NCBI GenBank assembly: GCA_050230475.1
Contig: JBFLGF010000015.1
Span: 1-64,000, forward strand
DNA from: Ancylonema sp.
Taxonomy: Eukaryota
DNA length: 64,000 nucleotides
Direction of reading: 5' to 3'
Made by a program: the position numbers and the translations under genes. This document shows positions 12,301-24,909 of this stretch, one piece after another. Below the pieces are notes generated by a model, which made no database searches, was not told the origin of the DNA, and worked only from the letters and a program-made list of their open reading frames with translations. The stretch's first letter is position 1. Each line of letters opens with the position of its first letter.

Positions 12301-14832
12301 CATTATAGACACATGCATATACACCAGGGGCACAGGACAGTCACGGATCATAGTGGGGATACACGTAGATGATCACGTGATAGTTGGTCCTAACACCATG
12401 GTCATTATTAAAGCATTCAAACAGGAACTATCCGGGAAATTCAAAATGAAGGATCTTGAGGCCCTAACCCATATCCTGGGGGTGGAAGTGAAAAGGGACA
12501 GACAACAGGGGACGTTGCATCAGAGAGGGTTCATAAGACAAGTTCTGGAACGTTTTGGCATGGCAGACTCTAACCCTACAAAACTACCCTTACCACCTGG
12601 ACTGACATTTTACCAAGAAGATGAACCTCTAACTCCCCCTACACCTGAACAGATAACTGAATTCCGGGAAAAAATTGGGTCACTCATTTATGCAATGAAA
12701 CACACCAGACCGGATATTGCGCATGCACTGGGAGTACTGGCAAAACACATGGGGAAATCCTGGGGGACTGCTCACACATCAAATCCTTACACCAATTATT
12801 CAGATATTTAAAGGGAACAGTGGATCACGGAATATGCTACGTGAGGAGAAAGAATTTAGAGATCAGAGGGTACTGTGATGCTATTTGGAATAGCTGCAGT
12901 ATGACTGGGAAGTCGGTCACAGGGTGGGTCACTACTGTTGGGGGAACTGCTTTGAGCTGGAAGTCACAAAAACAGTCTACAGTTCGCACAGAGTACAGCA
13001 GAGGCTGAATATATTGCTGCCTCTAGTGTATCTAAGGAATGCTTTTACCTGAAGTCGCTCCTGCATGAGCTCAAACTCCCTAATGAAATCACAGTTTACA
13101 GTGACTCAACAGCCGCACTCTCAATGATCCAGAACCCAGTCCAGCGCCAGAAGGCAAAGCATTTCAATGTGGTGTACCACTGGGTGAGGGAGTGTAACAG
13201 AACTGGAAGGCTGATGTATGTGTATCTGGCAGGGGCCAATCAACCAGCCGATATGTTCACTAAGGCTCTTCCACAGGTCTTGCTTGACAGACACGGAAAG
13301 TCTATAGTTTTGGGAGGGTTCCTGAAATGGGGGTGCACATGAGGTTCTGGGGATTTTCGGCTGCCATGCTATGTTTGGCAGGGGGTGTATGTTCTGTTAT
13401 TCTTCTTGCAGAATGCACCTGTGGAGGGCTCTCAACGCTTGTCTATCCAGCTAAGTCACCCCACTCTTTTTCAGCCCTGAAAACATTGAAGGACACCTGA
13501 AAAGTTGCAGATCTGCTTGCATCTAGAATCGTCAGTTGTTCATGAATTCTGGCACATGTGTTTCCATTCATATTATGGATGTTGTGTGAAAATTTCAGTT
13601 GTTTTGGTGAATTTTTTTAGAAAGTTGTGAAATTCTAAGAAAGTTGTGAAGTTTTGAGAAAGTTGTGAATTTTGAGAAAGTTGTGATGTTTTGAGTATTT
13701 CAAGTTATTCGGAGAAAACTGTAGAAAGATGACTTGTTGGTCATGTTTTGTATTTGCCCTAACTTGTGGTATTTGTTTGTATGTTCAGGGCTCCGGCCCG
13801 AAAAACGACTAAGGATCTCGAGCTATCGATTTCTGGAGTTCCGACGATCGGCTTCCGATCGGCTGTTTTAGATAGAGCCCCCTAGCACATTTGTATGCTA
13901 GGGAAGACCTTACTATCCCATGGGCTATGCAATGGTTTCGCCATGACTTAGCTGTAGATAGGGGGTAGTCCCTTGGTGCTGACTCAATGCCAAACTCTTG
14001 GCATCATGGCATCCGAGGGGGTGTGTAGGTAGGAATTATAATATCGGAGAGCCATGTTTGCTAGTGTGCTAGTCCGGACTACCGGTTAGTGTAACCGGTA
14101 GGATTCCTATGGTGTGCTTATATTGAGGGGCCGGACTTATGTCCGGGCGGGCACCCGAATATGGGTTCATGACGTGTCGATTGTGCCGTTTGTAGCACGT
14201 GCGGTCGGTCTAGATGGTTCCGAATCTAGGCGTTATGTCTTGTCAGACTGTCCGGCATGTGCCGTTGTCAGGAGCTGACTGTTGTTGTGTTACGATAGGC
14301 CGACGGTCCATCGATACGACCGTCGGCACGCTTTGTAGATTCTTGTTTTGGACGAGGCATCGTGGTATACCTACACGATGCCGACCATTCAATATTATTC
14401 TTCCAACACAATACTTGTCATTGATCATTCCTTGAGAGACGTAGTTCCTTGTACGGAAAGATTCACTGATCTTGCACACCTATCACGTAACATTGCTAAA
14501 CCATGTAGCAACATTGAAATGGAAGGAGTTCGTGACGTCATACAGAGACTTTACGGATCCGTCAACGTATGGGTACAAAGCGATAAATAATCCGCTCAGA
14601 TGTCTGCCGAAGACCAAGGCCATGACGAGATAGATACCTCTAAATTAGTTGTGAATGCGTGACGCTAATAAGCATTTGATACACATGTTTATTTTATCTT
14701 ATAGGTATCGGGATGGGAGAAAAAAACGTCTAAACTGAAGTTCTTCGTCACTACTTCCGCGAGCTCTTGGAGGGAAGGTCGATTCAGGAGCTTCTTAATT
14801 ACTTCCGGTAATTCCTTCTCCGAATTTTCCAT
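6319..14832 (-). CDS. NTF2/SnoaL-fold-like protein, paralog A; interrupted by an intronic Copia and possibly pseudogenised
   Basis: Exons about 14832-14709 (MENSEKELPEVIKKLLNRPSLQELAEVVTKNFSLDVFFSHP), 7944-7907 (ARGVEDLIAVYQ), 7432-7263 (SSEFLLRYQRVEIQQFVYD...LFDLEDL), 6947-6810 (DKDGTKKKRISLQREFF...IAGRIQ) and 6489-6319. Exon-by-exon homology to paralogs B and C. The exon-1 donor and the phase between exons 3 and 4 are unresolved. Confidence 0.65.
7690..7750. repeat. (AGAATATAACTTC)n 13-bp tandem repeat, intronic
   Basis: About 4.5 copies. Confidence 0.85.
8008..14500 (+). mobile_element. Full-length but disabled Ty1/Copia LTR retrotransposon (Copia-1; half-tRNA-primed, Osser/copia-like)
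   Basis: LTRs 8008-8462 and 14024-14500, TSD CCATG (8003-8007 / 14501-14505), PBS GGTTATGGGCCCA at 8464-8476 and PPT GAGGGGG before the 3' LTR. Domain order is gag (CCHC knuckles), PR (WLDSGSTDH), IN (HxxLGH..CxxC, IRTDGGGEY, PQQNGMCER), RT (QIDVVTAFL, HVDD), RNase H (GYCDA). Many frameshifts and stops. Confidence 0.97.
8671..13342 (+). pseudogene. Copia-1 gag-pol polyprotein, fragmented
   Basis: ORF pieces 8659-9090, 9023-9529, 9700-11250, 11150-11626, 11849-12811, 12820-13008 and 13124-13342 in Copia domain order. Confidence 0.93.
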
Positions 14833-15447
14833 CCTGCTGTTCAGCTACACTTCAGCGAAATTCGGCAACTGAGTAAATTGTGTCTCTCAATAGGGGAGAG
14901 ACCGAACAGAATCGTTTCATAATCGATTAAACTATTTTATGCTCCTGCGACGGGACGCTATTATGCGTTGCCGCGAAGAAGTGCATTTTGAGGCTGCACG
15001 TGAATATATTTTTTTCCCTGCGAAAATAAAATTGGGGCACTGGATATTTCTTGAAATATGATACATCAATGTTTTATAAATGCCTGGAACTGGTAGTTGG
15101 AGTCAGCGATTGCTGAATACTTCGTCGACGTAACATCGAGGTTTTCGCAAGATTCGAACGCGTCGTGGCAAAGAAGCATAACATCGGTGTGTACGATTGT
15201 GGTGGTCTCAATGACACGTGTCAATATATGTCAGTGGTACGTGTTCTCCATTGTTGTCGAACTTGCGCATCTGCCCTTCGGCCAGAAATCGAGGCCTGCT
15301 CATCGCTAACTGAGTATTCGAACTCAGTTATCGCGAACTGATTCATAGCATCGCCTCATTTATTTCGTACGCAAAAAAAAAAAAAAATGTGCCAGAAGAA
15401 GCTATATCCTTTTTTGTTAAAACTGCAATCTAATAAAGTTGAATGTT

Positions 15448-17712
15448 ATGGATCCATCCAATATAAAGGAGGAAGCCAAGAGTGTGGTTCGAGGGCTGGT
15501 TACTCGACCGTCGTTTCAGCAGCAGGCAGAAGTCATCCGCCACTATTTTTCACCGGATGTGAAGTTCTTTCACTTTTACATCGGTGCGGCGAGCAGGCAC
15601 TCCCAGCTGATTTCAATATCCGAGTTTGATTTCCTTGATTTTGAATTATTTGACAACGAAAGACTCAGTGATCGTCTGGTATTCTTCTTCGGTAATTCTT
15701 GGTGTCCGCAGACATCGATTGAATTCCGCGAGCATATGTAACTTGACCTCATTCTTTTCCACACACGTGCCAAACTTCAATCATGACTTCTAAACAATTT
15801 TTCGGTTGCCTTTGCAGACATCGGACACGGACGGGAGGACCTAATTGCAATATATCAGGTATCAATAGCGATAGTCAAAGTAGTCAAAATCATAATCTGG
15901 CCTTTTCCGACTAAGGGAAAGGATGCGGCAGAGCTCGTATTAATTTATATATTGGGCTGGATTAATTTGTCTGCATTCATCGATTCTCTCATGCGCAATT
16001 CGACAGCGTTCCAACAATTCTGTTGCCTCACCCTTCGTCCACACCTCTCAATTTTCGGAGGCTCTGGTGCGGTACCAGCGGGTTGAGTTTTCTAGAGTCG
16101 TGTACGATCCTGTGCGGGATATTGTCGTTCTCCACATGAACGTCCTCGTGAGGCCGTTGACGATGTTAGGGCGCCGCGCGAATCTCGAGTTCTTGACTAA
16201 TGCTGGAGCTCGAGGATTTCTATCTTCAGGGTGTGAGTTTTGGGGATAGGTTGTATGAAGGCTGGTGTTTGTCTATCTTTCATATTTTTGATACGTCACG
16301 ATATGATGCAACTATCTCCCTGCCTTTATGTTGTTCAAGACCTGAATGCCAAACAATCGCATGTTTTTCCATTTATTGTTGAAAAAAAACCGGATGGGTA
16401 CGTCACCTTATTGTATCATGTAGTTTCTTAAATATTGAGAAGGGTAAATATCGCTTGCACATGACATCATTTAATTTTTTATATTTGTACTTCATTGACT
16501 TTTTTATATTTGTACATCATTGACTTTTTTATATTTGTACATCATTGACTTTTTTATATTTGTACATCATTGACTTTTTTACATTTGTACATCATTGATT
16601 TATTTATTTTTGTACATCATTTACTTTTTTATATTTGTACATCATTGACTTTTTTATATTTGTACATCATTTACTTTTTTACATTTGTACATCATTGACT
16701 TTTTTATATTTGTACATCATTTACTTTTTTATATTTGTACAAAGGTGGTGGAGATATTATCACTTTCACATTGACACATTTGAAGCACGATTGGTACCAA
16801 AATGATGACCAATCACTATCGAATCGCTATCATAACTACAACTTGTTCATATAAAAACCAAAACGAAACAAAGGTTCGTTATGTGCCAACGCCCATATTG
16901 TGGCGTGCTCTCGGATAAGAGTCCCGAACTACTTTCCGTTCCTCCTTGACATATGCTTCTCTTGCTTACGCAGGGTGACGTGTCAAAACCACCGGATCTT
17001 AGCGGCTCCGATAAGCTCTTGACTTGTATCGGTTTGGGGAAAAAATATGTATCCACTCCCCGGCCCCTGAAGAGAATCAAGGTCCAACACGACTACTTTG
17101 ACAGAGCGCCGGCTCTCCGCTTGGCCCCGATCATCGGCGATATCTACGCGTCAGGCTTGGCGCAATACATGATCGGACGGATTCAGGTGTGACTGTTTGC
17201 GTCGCGTATAATTTTCATGATAAAACGAGAATGCAAGAATGTATTTGAGCATCATACCTCATAATACCTGTAAATACTGGAAACCCGAAAATAAAAAACC
17301 TATTTATTTGATGTGTACTTTTCACTCATTCAGCGGACATACATCAATTTTGTCAAATAAATAATCAACAAAATATTGTATCCTTTTTTAATTTAAAGGT
17401 ATCAATATATCATTCACATTTGAGTTTTGATAGTTACTTTAGCTTACAAATACTAAAATGTATGCATTGCTTAGGCTTGTTGTTTTGGTTGTCGATTATT
17501 TCACAACCTTGCCGAAACAAAACACAACCAATCGGAATGATTGTACAACGGATCTATGTCGACATTCAAATTGAGCGAATATTTGTAACATTTTGATTCG
17601 TGTGCAGAGCATAACCTTCAATTTCTTCCGCATGGCGCTCGTGGTGTTCCTTCCTAAACAAGTCACACATGGTATCCTTGGAATTTGGAATGACCTTACG
17701 TATGGCGCATAG
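15448..17712 (+). pseudogene. NTF2/SnoaL-fold-like protein, paralog B; +1 frameshift in exon 3
   Basis: Exons 15448-15583 (MDPSNIKEEAKSVVRGLVTRPSFQQQAEVIRHYFSPDVKFFHFYI), 15818-15858 (IGHGREDLIAIYQ), about 16007/16052-16233, 16974-17187 (KRIKVQHDYFDRAPALRLAPIIGDIY) and 17608-17712. An extra A at about 16199 (ACT-A-ATG) shifts the frame, and the homologous acceptor at 16050-16051 is AA. Confidence 0.7.
16463..16741. repeat. 25-bp minisatellite (TTTTTTATATTTGTACATCATTGAC)n in a paralog-B intron
   Basis: About 11 contiguous copies with no spacers. Confidence 0.95.
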
Positions 17713-19012
17713 GGGTATCAATCGTCCATCACCTCGATGTCTAGTTTATATATGTCATGTCCAACCGATTGTAGGAAGTTTGTGCTAGGAATATGCGCAC
17801 TACGATCGAGAAATCCATTGAGACACAACTCCACCCACGGTTGGATTAGAGTCGTTCCCCGAAACTACGTTACTTTTAGTAAGAATCGTGGTGCTGCTTC
17901 GATATGCCGTGGTGGTGCCTTGAGCATGTCGGTCAAATTAATGTCATTGTGCTAGATAGGGAGCGAATGGGGAAAAAACTATCAAAATCTATCAAGGGGG
18001 CATGTACTAGTGAAAAACACTTGACACTTGGGATTGCCAATTCAAAAGTGGTTTTTATAAGTGTGCGACGTTCGCGGGATTCGTAAATGTGTTGCGTACA
18101 TCGATTTTGCATCGAATGAGTAATGGAGCATTGCGTTTTTTATACATTATGATTCAATTTTCTTATAATATTTTGGTTGGCAATATTTAATAAGAAGCAT
18201 GTCGAATAAATTTGGACAGGAATCAGTCTTTCGCCTGACCAATCATCGATATGGCTACCTCGTCTGTGAAGACGGCCGATTCTCGTTGCGAAACTATTGT
18301 TATGAATTATACCGTAATAGTAATTACATTTCTTGAGAAAGCTTACCCCGAACGTAATCAACTTCGATTACGTGAGGAGAATCACGGTCGTGTTATGAAC
18401 TGGAGTATGCGGCAACGGATTTCGCCCACGTGTGTTAGCGACGATTGTCAATGTGAAAGGAAAAATTAAACAGTCGATATTGCGTCCAGTTTTTGTTTTT
18501 TACGTGCATTGGAATGAATACATCACAATCTCGTCCTCGACACGTTGCGGTAAAGCAAGATACACCCACACAATTTGTGTTCCTATGCCGCATAAAAAAT
18601 TGATGTTTATGGGGTTCCTTTAGCAAAAACAATTATTAACTTGTGGTATAGCAAGACTATCTGCGTAGAGTTGGTTTGGTTCGTCATTTTGAACTTGACT
18701 CTGACCTCTGCCTCTCTATGGACAGGAATTCGCTTACTCCATCACTGACCTCTCCTCTTGCTTGTGTTCCCGATTATGCTCCCGACTTGGTTCCCGATCG
18801 TCCTTTCTTCCTTGGACAAAGTTCACCTGACCACTTGTCTCTGTCATCATTTGGCAGGCTACGCTGACACGCTTCTCGCCTACTAAATGCTTCGATATCA
18901 GGAAGCCATAAAGGAACTCACAACAAGCAAATTACACGAGTGCAAGGAATGCAAAAGATGTAGATGGTTGGAATAAATTGATTTAGAGATTGTCGCCGAG
19001 TAGGCTGTATCC

Positions 19013-19082
19013 CTAGATGGGACGATAATTCGACTAGGATTAGCGGCGCCGCTAATCCTAGTCGAATTATCGTCCCATCTAG
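19013..19082. repeat. Perfect 70-bp spacerless palindrome
   Basis: CTAGATGGGACGATAATTCGACTAGGATTAGCGGC|GCCGCTAATCCTAGTCGAATTATCGTCCCATCTAG. Confidence 0.95.
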
Positions 19083-20955
19083 TCATCCCGAGTGTGGTCC
19101 CCACCGATCTATCTATAGTGACTAGATCTCGTAAGTGGGCCAATGAAAATACTTCCTATCGATATTATACTCCCCGCTAAAATGTCCGTACATGAATATA
19201 TCCCGTACTAAAGAAATAGTGCTAACCCAAAATATATCCCAAATCATCCCCTAAAATCAACCAATGAAAAGCTACAACTGCATTTACAAATATACCTCAA
19301 CACACCCCCTAATTGAAAATGCATTACCCCCTACTTCCAAAAATGTATTTAGAAAACACCCCCTAAGTGCTAATGCAAAAACCAAACTCAAAATCCCGTT
19401 CCCTTGTCGTACTTCAAGTCACCCTCAAGTTTATCATACTACTGAACTCTCCCAATGTCTTCGAATTTACTACACCCCCCAATGAGAAACGTCCTCTCCT
19501 CATGACCTCTCTGAAAAACAATGAATTCGATCAGTTTAAGAACTTTCACCAAATATCGACATCTCAATTTCTTGTCGATATCTAATTATTAGTAATTTCC
19601 CATAGTTATTAACCCCTAGTACTTAATATGCAAGTTTATCAATTTGATGCATTTACAATTATTATTCCAACATACCCCCTAATTGAAAATGCAGCACACA
19701 CACACCCCCTAATCAAGAGTAATGACTATATTCTCTTTTCCTTACTTCTCGCTGTCGCTTATTATGTCAGTACGTCGGTAGGAACTCGCTTCTCTAAACC
19801 ACTACCAATACATCGGCAGGGCTCCGCTCCGGACTACTATATATCTCCGATGCTATCGATGAACCTGAGACATAGAGGAACCACAGTAGCATTAACAAGC
19901 TTGCATATTGTGGAGGCAAATGTTCAGATTATAACAATGAATTGATTATGAGATTGTCGCCGAGAAGGCTATACCTCCATGGTACAAGATTCCTAAAATG
20001 GTATAGCGCTTTCCGGATAGATTTGTGGCGCCGTTTATCCTAGTCAAGATGTGGTCCATATCTAGTCATCCTTATTCTCTAATTTATGTTCTCTCCCCTG
20101 TCAATCTATTTATTTATGCGTCGTCCTTTTCGATATACCATTTCAATGTCATGTCATGGATTGTTTTATGCAATTCCTGTCGACGCCCCAAATCAACTCA
20201 CTTACCTAATTATTAACCCCTAGAAACTCCAAATCATTTATAAAGCATACTCATAATAAAACATTATTGCCGTAATACGTCATCATTGCACTTAAAATCA
20301 TTATTCCAACACATTCTCAAAGGTTAGTTAATGTCGTTCGAAAATGTCGGATTTAGCCGAAGGGCGCAAAGCATGGGACCACACGACATTCCTTACGCGA
20401 CAAGCTTCTCATATGATTGAGTTACCGCTGCAGAACCCGGAAATCACTTACGATGAAACGGAAGCGTGCTGACCATCCAAAGCGAAATTTAAACCGTAAA
20501 TACACCCTACCGTAAAGTTGCTTGCTCTCAAATTCGATTCAGGCAAGTGTTCTGACTACATTCACCACTCTCCTCTACGCCAGTTTCGGCTGATTTCCCA
20601 GTTTTGTTTGCACGTTTGAGTGCCACGTAAGCTGAGGCTTCATTCGGTGGAATATTGAAAGGACAGGTGGCAAAAAATCATTACTTTTTGGAATCAGCGG
20701 TTGATCTGGCTCTTGCTCGGGTCTGCGGGGGCCACCTGCGGGCCATCCATGCAGTAAACAGTAAACAGGAATGTCAGTAGTGCACCACAGGTTATGTTTG
20801 GCTTCATAATTTTCGAATCGAGGATGGTGATCTGCTTTTTATGCTTGACTCGTTTCGACGTCTTTAAATTACAGAGGATCGAAATTGTTGGGACGAAGTT
20901 CTCATTGCTGATTACATGCTGATAATCTTGCAAGAAATTGTTGTCAGGTTTAAGT

Positions 20956-22830
20956 ATGGATCTTTCCAATCTGAAAGACGAAGTCAGGATGGTGATCCGA
21001 GAGCTCCTCACCAAACCATCCTTTGAGAATCAAATAAGGATAATCGGAACGTACTTCTCTCCAGATTCGAAGCTCTACCATTACTCAATAAGTGCACCCT
21101 CTCGCTTTACGCCTCCCAAGGGGCCATACTGCTGTGTTTTCTTGGGTTTTAATTTCTGAGCGTGGCGAGTCTGGTGATTACGATATCTTAAGCCGAAATA
21201 TATCGATTGCAATTAATGTCATCGTGTCGGGTTATGTGTGATATGGAGTGACGCATCCTTAGCGGTATCACGTCCCACCTTACTTCAGATGTATGGGGCG
21301 TAGCAATGGGGCGTGAGTATCGCAGTGACAAGCGCTTAAATGTTGACTACTTGTCTACGACCTTGTCTACGATTAATACGACATAACTCAGTCCTCGGTA
21401 CGAAATACAGGCAGGCTGCAGGCTGTAAATATGATGCGTCATTCTGGTGCATGATGTCCTTTTGGTGCATGTAGTGATGTTCAGGAGACAGCATGAGAAT
21501 GATGATTTACCATTTACTATTCGTTGTTTATATTTGATTGCAGACGTCGAAGGACGGGATGATCTCATCTCCACCTACCAGGTGCTTTTTTAGAAGGAGG
21601 GACAAGGGCTTCACGTTTACGAAGTCGTGGGGTATTTTTCGGGGTGTAGATAATAGTGAAGGCAGCATACTTCAAAATTTATTTGTGATGTTTTTATAAG
21701 TGGCCAAGATTTAAATAGTTGTCAGCTCATGCCTTTCATGTTTGTTCCCCTGAAGTCATTGATTGTTGTACAGGAAAAATGTAAAAATAGTATGGACATA
21801 ATGTATATATACAGCCATTGATACAAGGTACAAAAATTCTTCTGGTTTTTTACACAAGTAGTTTCAATTTGTGCCCTGATATTCCGACACTCGTCATCAC
21901 TCGATTTATATACCTCCGCAGTTTGCAAGTGCGTACATCCGACCCCGGCGAGTGGTTTTTAAGAAAGTCCTTTACAATCCCACCGGTGATGTGGTTTTCA
22001 TCCATATGGTGGTGTATCGACGCCCGTGGTTCCGAATGTGGAGGCTCATTCCCCTCGAATTTCTGGCCACATTGAAGCTCGAAGATTTTGCCCCTGCATC
22101 CGTGAGTGCATGCCTCTAATTTCTGAATCCGAAACGGAAAAATACTTTGTGGACAACTCATGCCAAAGAATATAATGTTTTATCACGCAGGATAATGATG
22201 GCGAGCCAATCAACTTGCCTTCTTCTGAAAGGCCCTTGAAGCGCATCAAAATCCAGATAGATTTTATCGACCACGCACTCGTTCTTCGAATGCTTCTGCC
22301 AACCGTGGCTCACTATTGCAGCGCTCCGTTCATTCGACACGTAACCGGAAAATTGCAGGTTATGATATATTTCATATTAGTTTTCTAAGAATGTAGCACG
22401 AGACTGAAAAATATAAATTCAATCTCATTTTGGCGTAGTGGTGGCGTGGTGGCGTGGCGGCATACTCAACAATTGCAATTTTATACCCGTTAGAGGGCTA
22501 CTTGCAATGAAGGAATATATTATTAGGATTCAAAGAGCCTTCCTCGACTACGTTTAACGCGTACTCCACTCCTGTAGTATAATTTAGTAAACATGTGAAG
22601 AACAAAGATTTTATATCGCAATCAAATTATGGCCGTCCTTATCAAACAAGAGTCAAAAGTGGATCTCAAATGTTCGTTTTTTCAAGCGACAACATAATGG
22701 TGAAGTGCCAAGTTGTATGATAATGTAGGCGATTGGATTTCGGCTGTGTCGATTCGCTTTGCATCTCCTACTTTCCGAGCAAGTTCAGTACAAGCTTCTT
22801 GGCTTGTGGGACCGCGTGAGTCGTGGATAG
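20956..22830 (+). CDS. NTF2/SnoaL-fold-like protein, paralog C; apparently intact, 5 exons
   Basis: Exons 20956-21091, 21544-21581, 21922-22101, 22191-22358 and 22729-22830, all GT-AG and in phase: MDLSNLKDEVRMVIRELLTKPSFENQIRIIGTYFSPDSKLYHYSI/NVEGRDDLISTYQ/FASAYIRPRRVVFKKVLYNP...LKLEDF/...KRIKIQIDFIDH...GKLQ/AIGFRL...GLWDRVSRG*. Confidence 0.8.
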
Positions 22831-23743
22831 TCCTTGTGACTTTCATTCTTCGGGGTATCACGGTCCGTAATACCCTTCATAGCTATTGTAAATTGTACAA
22901 TAGGTATTGTCATTGTTAACGATCCCTTAAGTGGTATGTGAATAATAGTGTGAGTAAGATGTGCGTGTGAGTTGTGCCCCAAGACCTATCTGTGCTCTCG
23001 AGGGTTGCTTGTAGACGGTTTATCGACATAGATTATTTACGTCATGGTCTCGTAGCGTGCATAACGTATACTTTCAATGTCTTGATGACATAGCGTCATC
23101 TGCAATGTAGTGTAATCAACATTGAGTTAATCAAGTCAAACGTTGCACGTTTTCATTAGCCTAGCTTCAAATCCAAAAGAATCATCAAGGCACAAGTTGA
23201 GTATAGGGCTAAATGGATCAGAAAACTCATGCATGATTCGCATTTCATTAAAAAAAAATCCATCCTTCCACTTATGACTTGTGTTGTATTACAAGGTAAG
23301 AGGAAGTAACATATATATGGTTTTTGTTGAGGCAGTCTTGTTTCTCAAATTTTCGTTTGTTCACTTGAACATAATTTCTCTATTTGATGACCATGGCTGG
23401 TAGCACTCAAGCTACTTCCGTTGTGAAATTCACATAGCCTGTTATTTGATAGAAAATATGTTAATTTATAATTTTGTACCATAAGTAATAAGTACACACA
23501 TCGAGTCGGACATCTCGCTCGCCACGAAGCACGGAATGAATGGACGAGTAGAACTCTAAGTACAATGTTGATGGGCGGGCGGATGGAGGTGTGTATACTT
23601 CGCATCACCTCCCAGTCACCCGGTTACATATCGAGAAAGTAGCAAACTCAAGAAAGTAGCAAACTCAGATTTTAATGTAGTGTTCATCTTGTAGGTTACC
23701 CTAGGTCATCTTGTAGGTCACGCGTTTCGTATATCATCGTATA

Positions 23744-24317
23744 CCGTACTGGCCAACTTTAATACCCCACCCCCTTACCCCAACCCATTTTTGGGTATTA
23801 ATTACATTACCCCAGCGACTTAATACCCGGTACGGCTTTTTATTTATTTCTGGACCCTAAGTGGGCTCAATAACAGCCCTTATATCTAGTAAAGTATGTG
23901 ATAGGTGACAGCCGCGCTTCGAAAATATAAATGCGTCTAGAATCATGACCCCGCAATCGATTTGAGGGGCTCTTGAGGTCCACGAATCGTGGGCTCTTCG
24001 GCTCATGGGTACACGGTATTTGTTTTTTGAGATTGTTTCTCGAATTTGTGTAGAATGACCATGCATATATGCACGAAAAGGTTTATACAAATTTCGGTAC
24101 ATGAATTTTGCCAGGAACGGCAAAAACCCCTATTATGTAGAGCTTGCCGCCGCAATTACCCAGGCTGGCAGAATGTTAGGATAATACCCCACAAGTCCCA
24201 ATAAACGAATTACCAGACCTACTTAATACCCCAAACTCTAAAATCTCGAATTATTTTCCTTGCCCCACCCCAGCCATAAATAATTAAATAGTGGGTTTAT
24301 AAAGTTAGCCAGTACGG
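23744..24317. mobile_element. MITE, possibly Tc1/mariner-type
   Basis: TIR CCGTACTGGC(C/T)AACTTTA at both ends, flanks TA / TG, internal TAATACCCC repeats. Confidence 0.7.
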
Positions 24318-24909
24318 TGGTGCTTCCAAAAAAAAAAAAAAAAAAAAAGGAGTGAATTCATCAATGATTCGGAAAATTGATAATGATATTTTTGAAATTA
24401 TTATTGCTAGTTTTGGCAATAACTCCGGGATTTGGCGCATCATTTTATAGACAATCCAAAAACGAAAAGAATGTCTTTCTTATCTTTTTTAGTGAACGGT
24501 TTGACCTCTTTGGTACTGACAAAAGTGATTGCTTCCGGGTTTCAAAACTTATACAAAAATCTTTTGGGATCACACTACGGTATATAATTCTTTCCGCCCG
24601 TCTTCTATCTTCCCGCTAAAACGTGTGGTATTCTTGATATGTCTAACTTCACAATCTTTTTATAAGATGAATGTTGAGTAAACCCATATATTTATCAGAT
24701 CAAGCAATTTCTGAATTTGTGCATTATAAATTGAGATCGTATACAGGTTTTCTTCCGTCCACTCACGAGCATTTATTTCAAACTTCTCGACAGTTGGGAA
24801 TCGCCCCGGGAAATTCGGTCATGTTTTTTTTCGGGACGTTGTCAACCGGGGTGGAAATAAAGTAGCAAAATTGTTGATTTGTAGTGTGCGGGAAAGCACA
24901 ACCAAACCC

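Noticed and set aside
16463..16741. CRISPR-like array
   Set aside because: Contiguous 25-bp units with no unique spacers, located in a eukaryotic intron.
17737..20700. Protein-coding genes in the short intergenic ORFs
   Set aside because: No recognisable motifs or coherent exon chain; the region looks like decayed repeats.
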